A stretch of 64,000 nucleotides of DNA from Pseudothermotoga sp. (lineage in GTDB: Bacteria > Thermotogota > Thermotogae > Thermotogales > DSM-5069). Positions 61,169 through 64,000 of the stretch are shown piece by piece (the stretch's first letter is position 1; the number at the start of each line of letters is the position of its first letter). A model generated the notes under the pieces. The model had not been told where the DNA came from. It did no database searches and was given only the letters and a program-made list of their open reading frames with translations. The translations under genes were made by a program, and so were the position numbers. The DNA lies in NCBI GenBank assembly GCA_031962025.1, contig JAVRKW010000001.1. The stretch is one strand, 5' to 3'.

Positions 61169-63615
61169 CTTTTGAGCACACCTGTTCTGTGTTTTCTTTT
61201 GATGAACTTCAAACCGTTCTCGTCGGCTTTACAGATTACAGTGTCCATTGGACCAAATTTTCCCCTGAGAATTTCTTCTGCAAGAGGATCTTCTAAATAT
61301 TGTTGAATAGCTCGCTTCAAAGGTCTTGCGCCGAAGATCGGATCATATCCTTTTTGAATCAGAAATTCTTTTGCTTCTTTGGTCAATTTCAATGTGATTC
61401 CCTTACTTGAAAGTCTTTCCTGAACATCAGAGACAAGTATATCGATGATCTTCTCCACATGTTCGCGCGTCAGTGAGTGGAACACTATGATTTCATCTAT
61501 TCTGTTGAGAAACTCCGGTCTGAAAGTTTTCTTAACTTCCTCCAGGACCAGTTCTTTCATTTGTTGATAATCTTTTTGTGCATCTTCCAAGGAGACAAAA
61601 CCCATAGTCTTTTTTGATTTGTTTATGAGAGTGCCTCCTATGTTACTTGTCATCACAACGATTGTGTTTTTGAAATCAACTTCTCTTCCCTGAGAATCTG
61701 TCAATCTTCCATCGTCCATTATCTGCAAAAGAATGTTGAACACATCGGGATGTGCTTTTTCTATTTCATCGAACAGGATCACCGAGAATGGTCTTCTTCT
61801 CACTCTCTCGGTGAGTGTTCCACCTTCTTCATAACCAACATATCCAGGAGGTGCACCGATCAGCCTTGAAACTGAAAACCGTTCCATGTATTCACTCATA
61901 TCGAATCTGAGCAAAGCCTTTTCATCGCCAAACAGATGTGCGGCAAGTACCTTTGCCAGTTCTGTCTTTCCCACACCGGTTGGTCCAAGGAATAGAAAAA
62001 CACCTATAGGTCTTCTTGGATCCTTCAAGCCGCTTCTCGCCCTTCTTATTGCTTTTGAAATAGCCTTTATGGCTTCATCCTGCCCGACTATTCGCTGGTG
62101 GAGAGCCTTTTCAAGGTTCAGCAATTTCATACTTTCGCTTTCTTCCAGTTTCATCAAAGGTATACCTGTCCATCCCGAAACGACTTCGGCTATCTGATCG
62201 ACATCGACAGTCACTATTGATGACTCAACAGATTTTCGCCATTGCTCGTATCTGTCCATGTACTGCTGATTGAGATCTTTTTCCTGTTCCTTTAGCTCTG
62301 CCGCTTTTTCATAATCTTGATTGAGTACCGCCAGTTCCTTGTTCGATTTGACATCTTCCAGTTGTTTTTTCAATTGCTGTAACTCAGGTGGGATTACAAA
62401 ACTCTTTAATCGAGCCCTGGCTGCAGCCTCGTCTATCACATCAATGGCTTTGTCTGGTAAGAAATGATCTGTTATATACCTTTTTGAAAGATAAACCGCG
62501 GCTTCGAGTGCGCTATCAGTGTATCTGACTCTGTGGTGAGATTCGTATTTATACCTGAGTCCTTTGAGTATATTGAGTGTTTCCTCAACGGTCGGTTCCC
62601 TGACGTAGATTTTTTGGAATCTCCTTTCCAGTGCGGCATCCTTTTCGATGTATTTTCTGTATTCGTCCGGGGTTGTGGCACCTATACACCTGATCTCACC
62701 ACGTGCAAGAGCCGGTTTCAGTATATTCGCAGCATCTACAGCGCCTTCTGCAGAACCAGCACCGACTATTGTGTGAACTTCATCTATGAAAAGAATGATA
62801 TTTGGATCTTTAGTAACGATCTGGAGCAACTTCTTCATTCTCTTCTCAAATTCACCACGGTATTTTGTACCAGCCACGAGTGCCGCCACATCGAGGGAAA
62901 ATATCGTCTTATGTTTGAGAGGTTCCGGCACTTCACCGGCAACGATTCTCTGCGCAAGTCCTTCAACTATAGCCGTCTTGCCGATCCCTGGCTCACCGAT
63001 CAGTACCGGATTGTTCTTCTTTCTGCGAACGAGGACCTGCATGACCCTTTCTATTTCTTCTTCTCTTCCGATTACTGGATCCAGCTGATTTTTCATTGCA
63101 AGAGCAGTTAAATCTATTCCAAATCCTTCTAAATGTCTTACCGAAGCATTTTCGATCGTTCTGTCGCCTTCAAATTCTGTGCTCTTTGGTGAAGCATTCT
63201 CAACGATTACTTTTCTGAGATTTCCAAGATCGATACCCATTTTCCTGAGTACATGAACAGCAATGCCTTCTCCTTCTCTTATGATACCGAGTAGTATGTG
63301 CTCTGGATGAATCTTATCGCTTCCAAGGTATTTTGCTTCTTCATACGCCAGCTCGATAACTCTTTTGGCACGTGGAGTCATCTGTGGGGAACTTGAAAAT
63401 CCACGCATACCCATACCGACCATTGAAATAACCTCGTTTTTGGTTCGAGCATAGGTTATACCCATCTCGGCAAAGGCATCGACAATGGGCAGATCCTGTT
63501 TCAATATCGCCAAAAGTATATGTTCTGTTCCAACATATGAATGTCCCATTTCCTTGGCTTCGTTTTGAGCCTCAACAAAAACCTGTGCCGATCTCTCAGA
63601 AAATCTGTCAAACAT
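61165..63615 (-). CDS. clpC: ATP-dependent Clp protease ATP-binding subunit ClpC
   Basis: Clp_N repeats, [11 protein letters not shown] motif, [20 protein letters not shown]. Confidence 0.97.
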   Translation of the reverse strand: MFDRFSERSAQVFVEAQNEAKEMGHSYVGTEHILLAILKQDLPIVDAFAEMGITYARTKNEVISMVGMGMRGFSSSPQMTPRAKRVIELAYEEAKYLGSDKIHPEHILLGIIREGEGIAVHVLRKMGIDLGNLRKVIVENASPKSTEFEGDRTIENASVRHLEGFGIDLTALAMKNQLDPVIGREEEIERVMQVLVRRKKNNPVLIGEPGIGKTAIVEGLAQRIVAGEVPEPLKHKTIFSLDVAALVAGTKYRGEFEKRMKKLLQIVTKDPNIILFIDEVHTIVGAGSAEGAVDAANILKPALARGEIRCIGATTPDEYRKYIEKDAALERRFQKIYVREPTVEETLNILKGLRYKYESHHRVRYTDSALEAAVYLSKRYITDHFLPDKAIDVIDEAAARARLKSFVIPPELQQLKKQLEDVKSNKELAVLNQDYEKAAELKEQEKDLNQQYMDRYEQWRKSVESSIVTVDVDQIAEVVSGWTGIPLMKLEESESMKLLNLEKALHQRIVGQDEAIKAISKAIRRARSGLKDPRRPIGVFLFLGPTGVGKTELAKVLAAHLFGDEKALLRFDMSEYMERFSVSRLIGAPPGYVGYEEGGTLTERVRRRPFSVILFDEIEKAHPDVFNILLQIMDDGRLTDSQGREVDFKNTIVVMTSNIGGTLINKSKKTMGFVSLEDAQKDYQQMKELVLEEVKKTFRPEFLNRIDEIIVFHSLTREHVEKIIDILVSDVQERLSSKGITLKLTKEAKEFLIQKGYDPIFGARPLKRAIQQYLEDPLAEEILRGKFGPMDTVICKADENGLKFIKRKHRTGVLKR

Positions 63616-63629
63616 TTGTATCACCCCTT

Positions 63630-64000
63630 TCAAGTCAAGAAACTGACCACAAGAGCTACTGTGTTGTTGAGACAGTGTATCACCATTGGCGGGATAACCG
63701 ATCCAGAGATTTCTCTAACGATACCCAGAACTATTGACATCACAAAGATCTGCGGGAAAATCTCAAGCGGGTGGAAAAATGAAAAAAACAGGGCGGTAAT
63801 CAATATCGCCGAGTTAACGTTCATTTTACTTCGCGCGATTTTCTGGGTGTAACCTCTGAAAGCCATTTCTTCAGAAACCGGTCCGAGAAATGTTATCACT
63901 ATAGCTGTGATTGCATCGATTTTTTGTGTTTGGGTAGTCACACCAGTTGCTGGAAAAAGAAAACCAACTATTGCCATTAAGATGTATATCAGTGGTAAAA
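63630..64000 (-). CDS. CPBP/CAAX family intramembrane metalloprotease, C-terminal part; runs off window
   Basis: PVSEEMAFRG, FSFFH, HCLNN. Confidence 0.88.
   Translation of the reverse strand, partial: LPLIYILMAIVGFLFPATGVTTQTQKIDAITAIVITFLGPVSEEMAFRGYTQKIARSKMNVNSAILITALFFSFFHPLEIFPQIFVMSIVLGIVREISGSVIPPMVIHCLNNTVALVVSFLT

Overview
Bacterial chromosome segment, most likely from a Thermotogota member (Pseudothermotoga/Thermotoga-like proteins, tmRNA and tRNAs). Most of it is core genome: an Opp-type ABC operon, MCP, comF, uracil permease, kdgK/IclR, sirtuin, pyrG, eno, pyrH, a TolC/MacAB-like efflux operon, ssrA, a liv ABC operon, ispD-like, jag-yidC-yidD-rnpA-rpmH and disA-radA-clpC. A ~15 kb accessory block lies between tRNA-Val/tRNA-Phe (16828-16985) and tRNA-Ala (32351-32427) and has two parts. 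(1) 17.1-22.1 kb is a partly decayed peptide locus: a TPR/HTH-like 520-aa protein divergent from a secreted 65-aa peptide, a 41-aa Cys-rich RiPP-like precursor missed by the ORF track, an ABC exporter, a collapsed SPASM-like remnant, a truncated ABC ATPase, a broken aldo/keto reductase and IS200/IS605-type end remnants. (2) 22.3-31.8 kb is an intact IclR-headed catabolic operon: DUF917, an Opp-type importer, a nitroreductase fusion and an M29-like metallopeptidase. Other points are a PyrR-type hairpin that sequesters the uracil permease RBS and a 7-bp tandem duplication that frameshifts a substrate-binding sensor gene next to an HD-GYP gene. All family calls come from motif recognition, not database searches.
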